From contig CM052816.1 in NCBI GenBank assembly GCA_028534125.1, forward strand, positions 3,412,001-3,476,000: DNA of 64,000 nt, written 5' to 3'. Shown one piece after another: positions 27,351-41,527 of this stretch; within the stretch, counting starts at the first letter, position 1, and the number at the start of each line of letters is the position of its first letter. Both the position numbers and the translations under genes were made by a program. A model generated the notes under the pieces. That model was not told where the DNA came from, did no database searches, and was given only the letters and a program-made list of their open reading frames with translations. The stretch is from Lama glama. Lineage: Eukaryota.

Positions 27351-29266
27351 GATAAAGGTAAAACCTTTTCCCAGATAAGCTGGCAAAGTTTGAAGTGGCC
27401 ACAGGCCAGTTCTATATGTGAAATATTCATGCTTCCTTTTCTTTAAAAATGTTGGGAGTCTGGGCTGTTCCCAAGTAGAAAACCTCTCTATTAGGCAGCT
27501 AGTTGGCAAGTCTCATTGTTTCTTCTGCTATGTGTTTGGTATAGATCTTTGGGCTCCAGAGACTCCAGGAGACAGCCCAGGCTCTGAAGCTTAAGGTGAA
27601 GTAGGAGGAGAACCCCCTCATCTCCCTGTGGCAGAGCAAGGAAGACGTCACTTAACACTTGAGCAGCTGTCCAAAGGAATGTTCTTTCACCACAGCCCTT
27701 TTACAGCCTTGAGGAGGGTGTTGGGCCAAGAGGTACAAAACCAGTTTGGGGCTGCTTTGCAAATCCTTGCAGGGGGAAGAACTGATTGAATCACATTATC
27801 ACATTGTTAAAAGAGTCATGGCATCGTTTGTATATGAATGTTTGCTGAAGAGGAGGGTTAAGGGCTATAAAATTTCGTGTGGAATTTAAATTCTGACCTT
27901 GGGAGGGTCTGCCCTTACAGGTCTGTGGGTGAGACCTGACATAAACTCTTAACGCCTTCTGGTGAGAATTCTATAATGGAAGGAAGGAGCACTGGTGATC
28001 TGATAATTGTTATTGCTGACAGATTTAAAAGTTTATATAAAGACAGCCTGTGGGGATTGAGATACATCTCCAAACACCTGATCACAGTGGCTATTCCTGC
28101 TCGGTGATTCCTCCAAGTGAAATACCTGAAAGTGTAACAGGGGAACTCTTGCAGAGCCTGGGTCCCAGGCCACAGGGATTCTGGTGTCACTGTGCTGGAG
28201 TGGGGACCTGGGGTTGGCTTTCAAAGACTGGTAGATGGCTTAAGTACTGTGCAGGGGGTTAAAGGAGTATTGTATTAGTCAGCACTCTACTTGAACTAGT
28301 TTAAGCAAAAAGATGAACTTTGAAAGGATACTGTGTTGTATGGTTGAAGGACAAGTTGAAAGTCCAGACCATGAAGAGGACTGGGAGGGTCTCCAGGACA
28401 GCTGAGACTCAAACTCCATCTAGAACCCTCTCCCTGTCTCTCCTTTCTGGCTTTTCTGTTAGCTTCGTTCTCTGCAAACCAGTTTCTTTCATGGGTGGAG
28501 AACATGGCTGCTGACAGTTCCCAAGTGTTAACTCTTTCTGTACTTACTGTCTGGGAGTTGTCTCTCAGAAGGGGGGGGGGGTGGAAAGTGGAAGGCTAAT
28601 TAACCAGCCCAGAGGAAGGGATTAGGGGTGGCATACCTGATTCCAACTGGGCCATTCGGTTGGGGCCTGAATCTGGTAAGAATCTGACAGACCCCAATGT
28701 GTCCACATATGGGAGGATGTTGTCCACCTCTCCTTTTAAGTCCATTCAGTCATTTATTCATTACACTCATTTGTGACTATTGTCCCTTCTATTCCTTAGT
28801 TGCTGAGGGTATGAGGAGTGGGGAGGAAAATGGAAGAAAGGTACACAAGAAAACAAATGAGTTACTTTTTGAAGATATAAGTTTCTGTTTTAACCATTCA
28901 GCCATTGTAACACTCAGAAGAATCTTGCTTCCAATGATATTACTGTTTCCTGCTCAGAATGCCTCATCCATATTATCTTTTCAAGTTGTTTCTATGTTTA
29001 CACCTGTTAAGGGCTTTGGAAGGCCATTTCAACTGTGCTGTGCTGTATTTCAAGGACAAGGCCTGTGTTGGGTCCTTAGATCATGGGAAAACAGCAAGTT
29101 CAAGTGTCTCATGAGAAAATTGAAAGTTGGCATGATTCAGGGGGGAAAGGCTATTATGGCCGCCCCGTGAGGGAGGAGGTTGGAGGCAGAGAAGCAGGTG
29201 GAGAGTAGGTTACAGGACTGAGAAGGTCAAGGCAGGGGTTTGTTACATCCTCAATCTAATGAGAAA

Positions 29267-30787
29267 TGTCAGGGAGGGGGGCATTTCCCCTTCCACTCCT
29301 TGAGTTCTTGTGACCAGACTAATAAAGTTGGCACAAGACAGATTAACAGGAGAAAAGACATTTTAATTCGTGTACGAGGAGATCTCGTAGAAATGGGACT
29401 TAAGAAGTAGCCAAAGCAGACAGCATTTATACTCTTTAGATGAACAATACATTTGTAAGGAATTGACAGGACAAAGAAACTTAGGTTTTGGGTGCTTAAT
29501 TGTTACCCAACAGAAGTTCGTGTGCCTGATGTACAGGGAGGCCAAACAAATCAAAATGTCGGAGGCTGGAGCAGAAAAAGGTTCATTGCAGGGCTGAGCA
29601 AGGAGAATGGGTGGCTCGTGCTCGAAAAACCTGAACTCCTTGATGGTTTTTGGGGGGGAAGTTTTTAAAGGCAAAATTTAGGGTGAGGGCTGCAGGGTAT
29701 GTGACTTCCTTCTGATTGGTTGGTGGGAGGTAACAGGGCGATGCTCCAGGAACAGCCTGAAGTTACCATCCTCCCCTGGGGTGGAGGCCTTAGTTCCTGC
29801 AGAATTCAAAGATACTGTTCCGTATATTCCTTGAGAAGGAACCAGGACCCTGCCCCAAAGCTGCACTATTGTTTCCTGACTGTTCCTCCCTTGTCTCTGC
29901 ACTCCCCTCCTTCCCTGGTTAGCAACTGCTGGGTCTGCCCTCTGGAGCACAGGGGAGGTCAAGGAGGCTGAATGATGCCTACTTCCTTTAAACTAGAAAT
30001 GGGGGACATTGAAAGGGTTTGTACCCGGGAGGGCCCCGCAGGGATCTGCTCTGTTTCACAATCAGTGAAGAATCTAAACAATTTGGGCTTGGGGTAATGA
30101 ATAAAAAAAGTAAAAGGTTTGTTTATATAAGGCTTTTTGGCCCAAATTCTTAACCTCTAGTGATAAGGGTGCTCTTACCTCCGGATAACAGGGAGTGCCC
30201 CTTTCTCAGGTGAGATTTATTTTCTGCTTTGGAGGCGACAGAAAGGAAAGTCAGAGTGTCCCTCTTGCATTGGCCATTTCTTAGTTCGAAATAAGCAATA
30301 TGTCACTGTCGACTGAAATAAAATGCACAACCTAAGAGCTGAGAGTTACGTTTTATTCAAATGGACATTTCTGAGGACTCAGCCCAGGATGACAGCCTCT
30401 CAGATCACTCTGAGGGACCGCTCTGAAGAGGTAGGGGAGGAGCCAGGATATATAGGAGTTTTACAACAGAGACCAGGTAGTCGGAACATTAAAAGATTAC
30501 TGTTAAAGAAAACCAGACATCTCAAGTTAAAGAATTTAGTGCTTTACTATGTATGGGAAAGAGCAAATGTCTGGGCTCATTGAAATCATTCGTTTGACAA
30601 GCACCTGGCTCTCTAAGGCCAGTGTCCTGTCCTTTCACATTCTGAGTTTTCTCAGAGTGACCCTTGTGGGTGGCTGCAGCGGCTGATGACTCAATGGCTT
30701 CAGCATTCTTTGTTTACTGATATGGCTTGTATTTTTCGGTCCCACCATTGCAACATATTTTGGGGCAACCTGCCCTAAGCCACAACA
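29267..30787 (-). mobile_element. Solo ERV1-type LTR interrupted by two nested solo LTRs (about 29501-30058 and 30307-30744)
   Basis: TG...CA termini for each element. Near-TSDs GAAA/GAAG (outer) and TAAT/CAAT (first inner). The second inner LTR begins TGTCGACTGAAATAAAATGCACA, close to the reverse complement of the provirus LTR end at 37915-37939. Confidence 0.72.
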
Positions 30788-33349
30788 GAAGAATAGCACA
30801 CATGCATACATATAGCACTGTGCTGGCACTGTTATAATTGCCTCACATACAAAAAGTCATTTTATCCTCAAAACAACCCAACGAAATCAGTATAATTTTC
30901 TTCTTTATGAATTCAATAAGGTTTTTTTATTCTATGGATTTACTATAGTTTGCTCAATCATTTTCCTTTTGAGAAACATTAATTTTTTTAAAACACCTTT
31001 ATTGTGGGATGGTTCCTGTACAGTAAACTATGCATATTTCAGATGTACAATTTGATGAATTTTGATAGATGTATACACCAATGAAACCACAGCCACAATC
31101 AAGATAGCTTACATTTCCATCACTCCCCAAGAGGTGCAATTTTCATATTCTCAATTTATCTCTCCCCACACCCTTTACCCCCTGGTAACCATAAGTTTGT
31201 TCTCTAGAAATCAGTATGATTTTTTACACCTATATTACAGATGAAACAGAGGCTCAGAGAGGTGTCATTTACCCAAGGGCCCCAAGCTAGTGAGTGGCAA
31301 AGCCAGGACTGAAACTTTACAGTTTTAAGCACTCAGCCTCTATACTTCATCACCTCTCTACTGCATCGTATAGTTAATAGATCATAGATAATAAGTTGTG
31401 GAGTCAAGAGTGGACTCTGATATTTTGACCCTAAAATCCATACTCTTACACACTACATGATGCTGGCCTGAGAGAGAAGCAGATTTGTAGATGGAAATTG
31501 TGAGATTCCTTTGAACATGATAAAGCATTAATGTCAGACTTCTGCTGGTATCTTAAGGAGATAACTGTGCTCATAGCACTGATCTACCTGAAAACCCCTC
31601 TTAGTAGATATCACCCCCATTTTGTGAAACTGAGATTCAGTTTTGTGGTTCGCTAAGGTGGTCATGCAGATTAGAGTCTAGGTTGGGAGTTGTCAAACTT
31701 TTCCTGTGAAGAGTCAGTTAATAAATATTTTAGGCATTGAAGGTCTCTGTCATAAATCCCTGTCTGCTCCAGTACAAAAGCAGCCATTGACAGTGTGTAG
31801 ACAAATGAGCATGGCTACGGTCCAACTTCAGATATAGACACTGAAAACTTGAATTTCAATAATTCTTATGTGTTGTGAAATACTATTCTTTTAAATTTTT
31901 TTCCAAACCATTTAAACATGTTAAAATAATTCTTAGCTTGTGATCTGTACAAAAGCAGGCAGCTGAGTTGATTTGGCCAGCAGGAAAGTTATAGGATTGT
32001 TCTAGGGCCTAAGTGAGATTATGGCTAAAAAGCACTCAGCACAATGTCTGGTACTTGGTAAGCTTTCAAAGATCAACTAGTTCCTTTCCTGCTAAATCTT
32101 TGGCATTTAGAATCAAAGATTTAGGGTCTGGTTTCAGACTGTAATGTGAGGAGTCTAACAGTAGGTGGCATTCTTATCTCAAGTTTAGAAGCTGCAGCCT
32201 AGTGTCAGAGGAGGGACCAGGATGGAGAAACTCCAAGGTGCTGCTTTGATACCGAGCTTTTTATTCCACAAGTGAAACTTGCCTGTGCCTGACTGTGGCC
32301 TACAAAATTTCTTCTCATGGAGAGAACAGGATGTGAATTTTGTAAAATAATCAGTATTATGTTGCAAATGAGTTTTTTGATTAGAGCCTTTCTCCTAGGG
32401 CTGCCTGGACAAAACCTGCGGAAGACCTCAGGCACTGTTGGTTAGTTCTGAGTGGATGATGACAGTAAGATGTGTCTCACATTTGCTTAACACATATGAC
32501 CACGTTCTGTGAAGCTGTCCCCTGCTCTAGATTTGGAGTAAGGGAAGACAGTCAAAGGATTGGGGTCAGCTGGGGAGGTGTGGCTGGCTAGGAATGCACT
32601 GTATCATAACTACGAGGAGATGCCTTTTGGGTCTTTACTGATTTTCACAATCATTCAGTTATTCAACAAACATGAAGGTCTGCTGTGAATGCCGTGCAAT
32701 CGCTAAGAGCCATTAAGAACGAGAGTACTGATGTGGGAAGATATTCTGTGCATAATAAGAGCAAGTTGCTGGGTATAGTCTGAGTCCATATTGTGTCTGT
32801 CTATCTCTCTCTCCATACTCAAATTGGAAGTACATATTAAAAACTATAATATAGTTTTGGATGAGGAGACTGAGACTCAAAAATGTAACTTGCCACACAC
32901 CAACGACACTTCAGCTAGTAAATGGCAGAATTAAAATTCAGGTTTAAAAAAAGAGAAGAGAAAAGACACAGAGAAAGAAAAAGAGCAAGGCATGGTAGAA
33001 TTTGGGCTCCACCACTGACTAGCTGTGTCGCCTTCGTTTGACATATTAATCCCCACGATGGTCAATTTCCTTAACTATGGTAATTATAGGCCCATCTCAT
33101 TGGTACATCTCATACGTACCACCTAATGTTGAGAGTGAAAGAGAAGACCTGCACTAACTCTTTCTGAAACTCATTTGTCCCCAAGCAGCATACTCAGGTC
33201 TCAGTCTTGCTAATCGTCTGTGCAGATGCATCTGATCTGGAAGGGCTGAGGCGGTGTCTGAAAGGCTTAAGTGGTACAGGAGCCTGGGGCTCTGACTCAT
33301 TGCTACTTACAGAGGAGAGTAATTAAAAAAAAAAAGAGAGAGAGAGAAA

Positions 33350-34769
33350 GGCACAAATAATCGATAGCAGAAATGAAAAAGGGACGTTACTATAAATTTT
33401 ATAGATAGTAAGAAATAAAAAAATATTATGGATAACTTTATACCAATGAATTTGAAAATTTGGTAAAAAATGGACTAATTCTTATAAAACTACCATTCGT
33501 TTAAGAATAGGAAACTTGTGAGCTTTTTAATGATTAAAAAAAAAAACAACAGTTGACAATATCTTCTCACAAAGAAAACTTCAAGTTCCAGTAGCTTTGC
33601 TGATAAATTCTACCAAATGTTGTTAGAAAAAAAAATCTTATACAGACTCAGGGAATAGAAAACAAGGAGCATTCCTCAGCTCTTTTAATGAGACTATAAT
33701 AAACAGGATATGTAAAAATAAAAAGATTATGGCCAATCTGTTTATTTTAGGAATGTAGAATAGAAAATTAATGTGGTCTGTCACAATAATAGATTAAAGG
33801 AGAGAAATCACTTGATGATCTCCACAGATGCACAAAAGGCATTTTATAAAATTTAGCATCCATTCATGAAAAATAAAAAGAAAAACTTAGAACATTTAGG
33901 AATAGATGAGAACTTCCTTAATCTGATAAATAGTAGCTTTATAAAACCTACAGCATGTATTATGCCGAAGGTGGAAAGCTGAAACCTTTCTTTTAAGACC
34001 TGGAATGAAGCAAGGATGTCTGCTGTCACAACTTCCATTAAATATGTACAGATTGCCTGACCACATGGTAAGAAAAAGAATGTAGGATTGAAGAAGAAAC
34101 TAAACTGTCACTATTTTTTCAGAAAATATGATATCTACATAGAACATTAAGTATAATCTACAGATAATTTATTGATAAGAGTTTACTGGTTGGAGGGGAA
34201 AAAAATCAACATTCAAAAATAAAGTGTATTTCAGAATACCAGTAACAAACAGAAAGTAAATATTAGAAATAAGATATTATATAAAATATCATCTATTGAT
34301 ATGAAGTACCCAGGGGAAAAAAGAGATCAAGGAGTAAGTTGAAGACTTCCATGGACAATATGTTCAATTTTTATTGAGGCATAAAGGAAATCTAAATATA
34401 TGTAGAGATAGAACATATTTATGGATTGGAACACTCAATATTATAAAGAGGTCAGATTCACTCCATCCACATTGATCTGCAGATTCAGTGCAAGTCAGTG
34501 AAACTTCTACCAGTTTTTTTTTTTTAATTTGATGAGAAGATTCTAAAATGCATAGGAGGTACAAAGGACTCAGGTAACCAAGATACCCTTGATAAAATGA
34601 CTAAGGGGAGGATTTGCCCTGCGTGACACCAACATCTACCTACAGCTGCAGTAATTAAAACAGTTGGCAGAAGGATAGGCAAATACACTACTGGAACAGG
34701 CTAGAAAGCCAAAAACACAGAACAATGCCTGTATGATTTCTGAAATACGACAGAGATGGCATTACAAAG
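33350..34769 (+). mobile_element. Old L1 ORF2 fragment running into the assembly gap
   Basis: Degenerate ORF2 hallmarks: ATCTCCACAGATGCACAAAAGGCATTTTATAAAATT, ATGGATTGGAACACTCAATATT. Confidence 0.78.
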
Positions 34770-35269
34770 NNNNNNNNNNNNNNNNNNNNNNNNNNNNNNN
34801 NNNNNNNNNNNNNNNNNNNNNNNNNNNNNNNNNNNNNNNNNNNNNNNNNNNNNNNNNNNNNNNNNNNNNNNNNNNNNNNNNNNNNNNNNNNNNNNNNNNN
34901 NNNNNNNNNNNNNNNNNNNNNNNNNNNNNNNNNNNNNNNNNNNNNNNNNNNNNNNNNNNNNNNNNNNNNNNNNNNNNNNNNNNNNNNNNNNNNNNNNNNN
35001 NNNNNNNNNNNNNNNNNNNNNNNNNNNNNNNNNNNNNNNNNNNNNNNNNNNNNNNNNNNNNNNNNNNNNNNNNNNNNNNNNNNNNNNNNNNNNNNNNNNN
35101 NNNNNNNNNNNNNNNNNNNNNNNNNNNNNNNNNNNNNNNNNNNNNNNNNNNNNNNNNNNNNNNNNNNNNNNNNNNNNNNNNNNNNNNNNNNNNNNNNNNN
35201 NNNNNNNNNNNNNNNNNNNNNNNNNNNNNNNNNNNNNNNNNNNNNNNNNNNNNNNNNNNNNNNNNNNNN
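34770..35269. other. Assembly gap (500 N)
   Basis: Run of exactly 500 N. The L1 on the left does not continue on the right. Confidence 1.
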
Positions 35270-35640
35270 TATCACTATATAAGAGGGAAGAGAGATGGTT
35301 CTCACACACACACATATACACACACCACAGGAAACAAGGTAGTAAATGCCATGTAGAGATTGGAAACAGACTGGTTGGTTACTTTACAGAGAAGGATCAG
35401 GAGAAGTTCTCAGAAGGTGATGTTTAAGAAGGATCCGAATGAGGACCAGAAATCTGAAACCGGTGGGGTGAAGGAATGGGGATCTAGGCAGAGATCACGG
35501 TGGGGAAAAGGTCCTAAAGTAGAGGTACATTTGAAGGAACCCCAGGTGGCTAGAGCCCTGAACAGGGAGACAGTGGTAGGAGAAATCTGAAAAGTAGGCA
35601 GGGGCCAGATCACTGAGGAAGTCTGGGAAAGAGGGTAGAA

Positions 35641-35846
35641 TTTTTCTTTTCTTTTCTTTTCTTTTCTTTTCTTTTCTTTTCTTTTCTTTTCTTTTCTTTT
35701 CTTTTCTCTTCTCTTCTCTTCTCTTCTCTTCTCTTCTCTTCTCTTTCCTTTCCTTTTCTTTTCTCTTTTTCTTTTCTTTTCTTTTCTTTTCTTTTCTTTT
35801 CTTTTCTTTTCTTTTCTTTTCTTTTCTTTTCCTTTCTTTTCTTTTC
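35641..35846. repeat. Compound pentanucleotide microsatellite (CTTTT)n(CTCTT)n(CTTTT)n
   Basis: About 205 bp of uninterrupted pyrimidines. Confidence 0.97.
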
Positions 35847-38800
35847 CTGAAAGAACCATGGGAGGGTTGTAAGTGGGGTAATGACACAGTCTGATTACAT
35901 ATTTACTATTTACATCATTCTGCCCAAGTTTATTAGTTGCTGGCCTGATTGCACAGTCCTAGATTCTTTGCATCCTTGGTGTGTTGAATCATACCTTGTT
36001 AGCCTCAATATATTAGTAATAAGTATGGTAGAATTGAACTGAATTAGAAAATTTTTATCACTGACCTACTGGGCTTTGACTGAGTCTCAGAATATAACAA
36101 AAGTAGCCATAAAATGTATCCCAGATAAATAAGGCATGACCTGCTTCTGTGTGAGGCATTTCAGAATTTGTCCCCCCACCTTCAGTGGTGATTGAAGCAC
36201 GGTCAGTAATATCCCCTGTATTAAGGCAGAGAACAAGAGGAAAGCAGGTACCCAGAAATGTGCTTATTCCTTGGTAGAACTCCTATTTCTACCTGGATGA
36301 ATTCAAGTGCTTAGCATCATAAAGCTGGGAGGGCTATTAAAGACATATGGTCCAACCTCTTCATTTTATGGACAAAGTGAATTTCAGCACACAGTTCAAG
36401 GGGACAGCCTGTGTGAAGGCCCAGTGACAGAAGGGAGCTTGTGTTCAAGTAGGTGGAGGGAGGTCTCAGGATGGGGCCTCCTCCCACCCAGGTCTTCTTC
36501 AGAGACTGAAGGCCTGCGGGCAGGGCTGGAGAGGGCACACTCTAAGGGGAAGGGGTAGTACAGGCCATGTGTTGCCATCTCACTTTATGTCACAGAAAAC
36601 TGAAAAGCTGAATTCTCACATGAGCTCTCTGGATTTTTTTTAACTTTTGGCCATTAATTAAGAGAGAAATTTTTAAACACTATGTACAAAGCACTTCTGT
36701 AAGCCAGATATACTATTTGGGCCACCAGTTTATAGCATCCAGCTTTAGATCTCTTTTGAGTTCAGAGGCCGCTGGAGTCAGGGGTTTAATTCCCAGACAG
36801 TGCAGAATGCGTCGTCACAGGATGCCAAGGCCACCGTCACCTTCTCCAGGAAACCTGTCATGGGCTGCAAGAAGCCTTGAAATGGAGCACGAGTGCCTCC
36901 CTGTGAGGAAGTTACTGAGTCTTTAGATCAGAAGAGGGGTTAATGAAATACAAGGAAGGCAGACACAGTTTGTATGATTTAATGATGAAGAGCAAAAGTG
37001 AGATGACCTCTTCTGGAATCTAGGCCCATTTAAGCTCTCCAAGCCACAGTGTCCTCCTCCAAAATCAGGTTAGTGACAGCACCAGCCTGAGGGGTTCTGT
37101 GACGATTAAGTACATGTGGGTGCTTGGCACAGAGCCTGCTACACAGTTCACTCTCCAAAAACCTTGACTAATATCAATGCATATTTAAGTTGGGTTTTCT
37201 AAGTTCTTCCACAGCCCTTCTGCTCACTGTCACAATCCTCTGAGGGAGCAAGTGTTTCTGGTGCTACTTTACAAATGAAGAAATCAAGGCCTGGGGGAGC
37301 TTGGTAACTTGCAGGGATACTCAGCTTTGCAAGTGGCAGAGCTGGGGTCTGAACCCAAGCCTGGTCCGGACTCTGCTTCCTGACATTGTCCTGGTCTCCT
37401 TCAGTGAGCTGTGGTCTGTGTCCTCGCTTCCTGCAGCAGGCATGGTGAGGCATCATGGTTTACATTTCTGTAATTCTTAATTCTTGTGTCATCTATAGAA
37501 TGTCCCTCCCCACCTTCTACAAGGATTGGGTCAGTGGCCACTGCCGTCCCTGACCTTCAACACACCCTGAAAGGAGCTCAGGGCAGAGCTCAAGAACGAG
37601 GCACTCTGTGCTCCGGGAAAACTGGTGAAGCAGACTTTCAAATAGTTATACATTTTTAGGAGAAAGTTTGATGAATCCAAATTTCTTTCATTTTCCCGTA
37701 CTCAGAAAAGCACTAAAATCATTTGCTGAGATACCTGTCCCTCATGACTAGCAGCATCCTTCTACCCAGATGTGTGCCTGAGGGTATGTCTCCAAAATTA
37801 CAAACATGCTGATGCCCCCTGTCCTCACCTCACTGGAGCCATTCCTCAGAACTGAGAGGCCGTCTCCTGATCCTCAGTAAGTCCCCAGATAAAACTGAAA
37901 CTCACAGTCTCACACTGTGCATTTTTATTTCAGCTGACAGTTCTGGGGGCCACAAAGGGTAGCAGGGCAGACTTCTCTCCTTTGCCTGAACTCTGTGAGG
38001 GTCCAGAGCCCTTGGTAACAGCGGAGCCCCTGTGTCTGTCTGCCTCCTCGTGAGTCCAGATGAATTTGGGTAGACCTCTCCTGGTTTTCAGGTCTCCTGA
38101 CTATTGGTTGGTGATCCTGAGTTTTATTTGGAGGTGTATAATGCATACCTGCTCCCCTGCCTCTGCCCCCAGCTAAAAGGTACTGGTGCAGTCTGGACTA
38201 GGTGGTGAGGTGGGAGGCTGGCTTAATGTCTTTCCTAAATGAGGGGCTTCAGAACATCAGCCTCCATCTTTTAAGAGTTCTAACCCTAGGTGAACAAGTC
38301 CTTCTAGGAGAAGCTTGCATTTCTTTCCCTGTGGCTCAAGAGGTGAATATTCCACCAGGGCTCTCAGGAACTGTTATCTCATCTAGAGCATGTCCAAGTC
38401 CTGAGGCTGAAAAAAAAAATTGGAGGTGGGGCGTGGAGGGGAAAGAGGTCATTTAAAGCTCAAGCAAGTAAACAACTTTTTTCAACTGTTATTTATTAAC
38501 TTTATATTTTATATAAAGGTTTATATTGGAATACCTAATTCATGACTAAGTTTTAAAAATGAAGCTATAAGATCTCCAGTTGTATCTGTCTATATGTTTG
38601 TGTACCTTATATATATGGTATGTCTCTACTTCTGGAGAGTATTACCAAAATTAATTTATAAATGGGCCCTATTTAATTGACTTAAAGGAAATTAAGTGCT
38701 TATATAAATTCTTAGAAATGTAAGAGACTAACCCAAAGGAATTTCAGGTTCACGTGAACTAGAAAATATTCAGTATTGAATTAATATTTGGTATTAAAGT

Positions 38801-41219
38801 TAGTTTGAGTTTGTTGCTTTAATTAATACAGACATGTCTTTAGAGCTATCAACATTAAGTATAATCCTTTTCTTGTAACTGAGTTTACTAGAAGTCAAAT
38901 AAGATCTTATAACTCTTAGTAAAAAGAGAAATAACTTGGTATGATGAAATATTTATGTTAAGTGTAAATGAAATAGCTTTTCGGGAAATTCTTTACAAAT
39001 AACTGTATTTTAGGACTATCTACTTAAAAATAGTCTTTCTAGATATTTGGTAACTTGAAACTTGAGAATTTTTCTGAATTAAATTAAATGATGGAAGTTT
39101 ATTAAATATCTAGGTCATCCCCAAATGAAATAAGGTAACTGGAATATTAATTACTGAACATAGGCTTCCTCTACAGAGAAATTACAGATATTTAGGACTA
39201 CTAATAAATACATTTGATGCCACACTGAGACTTTTTCTTTAAGAAAGCATGTTTTTTTTTAGAAGTTATAAATAGTATTTAAAGTTTGCCAATCTACATA
39301 ACACTAATGTAGAAGACAATTCGTTAAGTGCTTACTTCCTAGTTTTGACTGCAAACTAAGGGGTTTTTTTTTAACAGTTGAGAATTCTAATTAATATATG
39401 TAATTAAGACTACTATGTTAATATGCAAGAAAAAAGAAGGTTTAAGAATTACACGTGCATTTTGCTAAGGAAAAAGAAAAGAATTTTGTCCTAAAGCTAA
39501 TTATTTCTAAATGGGAAAGAAAATAAGGAACAGATTAATATGGATATAGAAAGTTGTATAAGATTTGTGAGAAGAAAAAGAAACTTTAAAAAGGAATTTT
39601 ATGTGTGGTCAGGACTGACTACTATTAGAATAAATTGAAGTTAAAAGGGCAAAATCTCCTTAGAATATTGATCTGTTTTTTAGAGCAGATTGTGCATTTT
39701 CTTTACATTTTAAGTAATCTGTGGTAACTTTCTATACTTGCCTTTGAAATCTCTTATTGTCACTCAGTTAAGTGAATAAGTATTGTTTCACATTACCTAT
39801 GATGCTATTTGATCAGGTGTTTTAAAACTTTTTGATGTTTTTTACAAACTTCCTGAAGCTCAAGTTCTAATTGAAGTTCATTTGACCTCCAGCTAACTTT
39901 GAGGTTTTCCAAAGGGCCCTGGAGCACCTCAAGAGAATTGTTTTCTCTCCTTATCAAAGAGAGAAATATTAAACTAATTAGGCTTATTTGGTATGTTAAA
40001 TTACATGGGAAGCATTGCAAATGAGTGGTGATAAATATTCTTAGGTTATTTTGCAGGGAGAAATGTTATTAAGTATTCTAGGAACTATTGGAATTCCTAA
40101 AAACCTGCTCTGTCTTGGTAGAATGTTATCAGTTGTAGCTCTGGTTATTATCTTAAAATGTTATATGTAACAGCAGTTAACAAGTTTCTTTGTCAACTGC
40201 ATTGTAATCAGATCTTTAACCATGAGTTTTTAAAGTCTTTGTTGTTCATAGAAAGTTATTGTTTGACTGTGATGCTTTTGCAAAAATGCTTTGTCTTCAA
40301 GAAGATTAACAGAAAGGACTTTGGACAAGCATAGGTTTCTGATAAAATTCAGGTCACACACTGAACTGGGTAAGAAATTTAAAAATTCCAATGGAAATCC
40401 TGATGGCTTCATAAAACTGTCAACAAAAGATCAAGAATTAGTTACATAGGACTGAGTGAATTGATAAATATGGTTATAGTTTTAATAATTTTTTTGTCTG
40501 AAATATTACTGGCTTTTAATCTGTTTTCCAGATATAAGGAAACCTTTCCCCTTAAGCTAATTATGACTTACAGCAATTTGGTAAATTATACCTTTGTAAG
40601 TAGAATTGAAACATTTATCTTTTCTCTCTACCTGATCCCTCTGAAATTGTAAACCCTTAGGTTACTAGCAGCCTTATCTGGTGAATAATGGAGGCTACCT
40701 CCTGACAGATGCAGGAATCTCAAGATATTTTTCAGACCTTGAGAAGAGAGGAATTCACCCTTACCGAAATCTACAGATACTGCTGGTGGAATCTGAGGGC
40801 AAGCCCTTGGGCTGCCTTTCCTGGCATTGAGAAATCTTAGAAATTCAATCTGAGATTCCTTATAAAAAGTTCCAGCAAAGCCAATTTTTTTAAGCATATA
40901 TGATTAATTAATTACACTTGTGTAAATAATCAGGCCAAGTATTGAAGCCAGACTTATTTTTGCAAAGAAATTTGTCTTAATTTGATAGGAATCAGGGTAA
41001 TTTCAGACAGAAAAATTATGTTTCAGTGGATATTAAATTCTAGTGTTGTTAATTGAGGTCTGTGTTTACTGCCTAAGACTCACTTCCCAGATAGCCCCCT
41101 GTTTTTATGTTACATTATTGTAAAGTTTAATTGGATTATTAAAAGGACACTCGAAGGTTTGTTCTGAAGCTTATCACAGTAATCTATCCTTGGGTGCAGG
41201 TCAGATGCCCCACGATCTA

Positions 41220-41380
41220 CAACCAGGAGATTATGCATATTGGAAAAGCCATCATTTAAAGGACTGTCTCCAACCTAAATTGAAGTGTCCTTATCTGGTG
41301 CTCTTAACTAGCTCATACACAAAAAAACCTGAAGGAAATTGACCTTTGGATTCATATTTTCTGCTTCAAAAGGGCCCCTG
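41220..41380 (+). pseudogene. ERV integrase C-terminal (GPY/F-type) remnant
   Basis: Translates QPGDYAYWKSHHLKDCLQPKLKCPYLVLLT, then after a frameshift LKEIDLWIHI. Resembles QPGDxV...LxPRWKGPYxVLLT...WIH. Confidence 0.75.
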
Positions 41381-41527
41381 CACTGGACTAGTCTATACAG
41401 AAAACTGCTAACTTCAAACTCACCTTAAAACAGAGGAGAAGCTACATTCACACCAGGACAAGAAGAAGATGACATCAGGCTATCTGAGGATGCTGGACCT
41501 GACCCATATGATTATTTGTAATGTTTT

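Noticed and set aside
34688..35427. ORFs over 200 aa
   Set aside because: Artefacts of the N run.
35410..35887. Lys/Arg/Glu-rich minus-strand ORFs
   Set aside because: Translation of the (AAAAG)n microsatellite.
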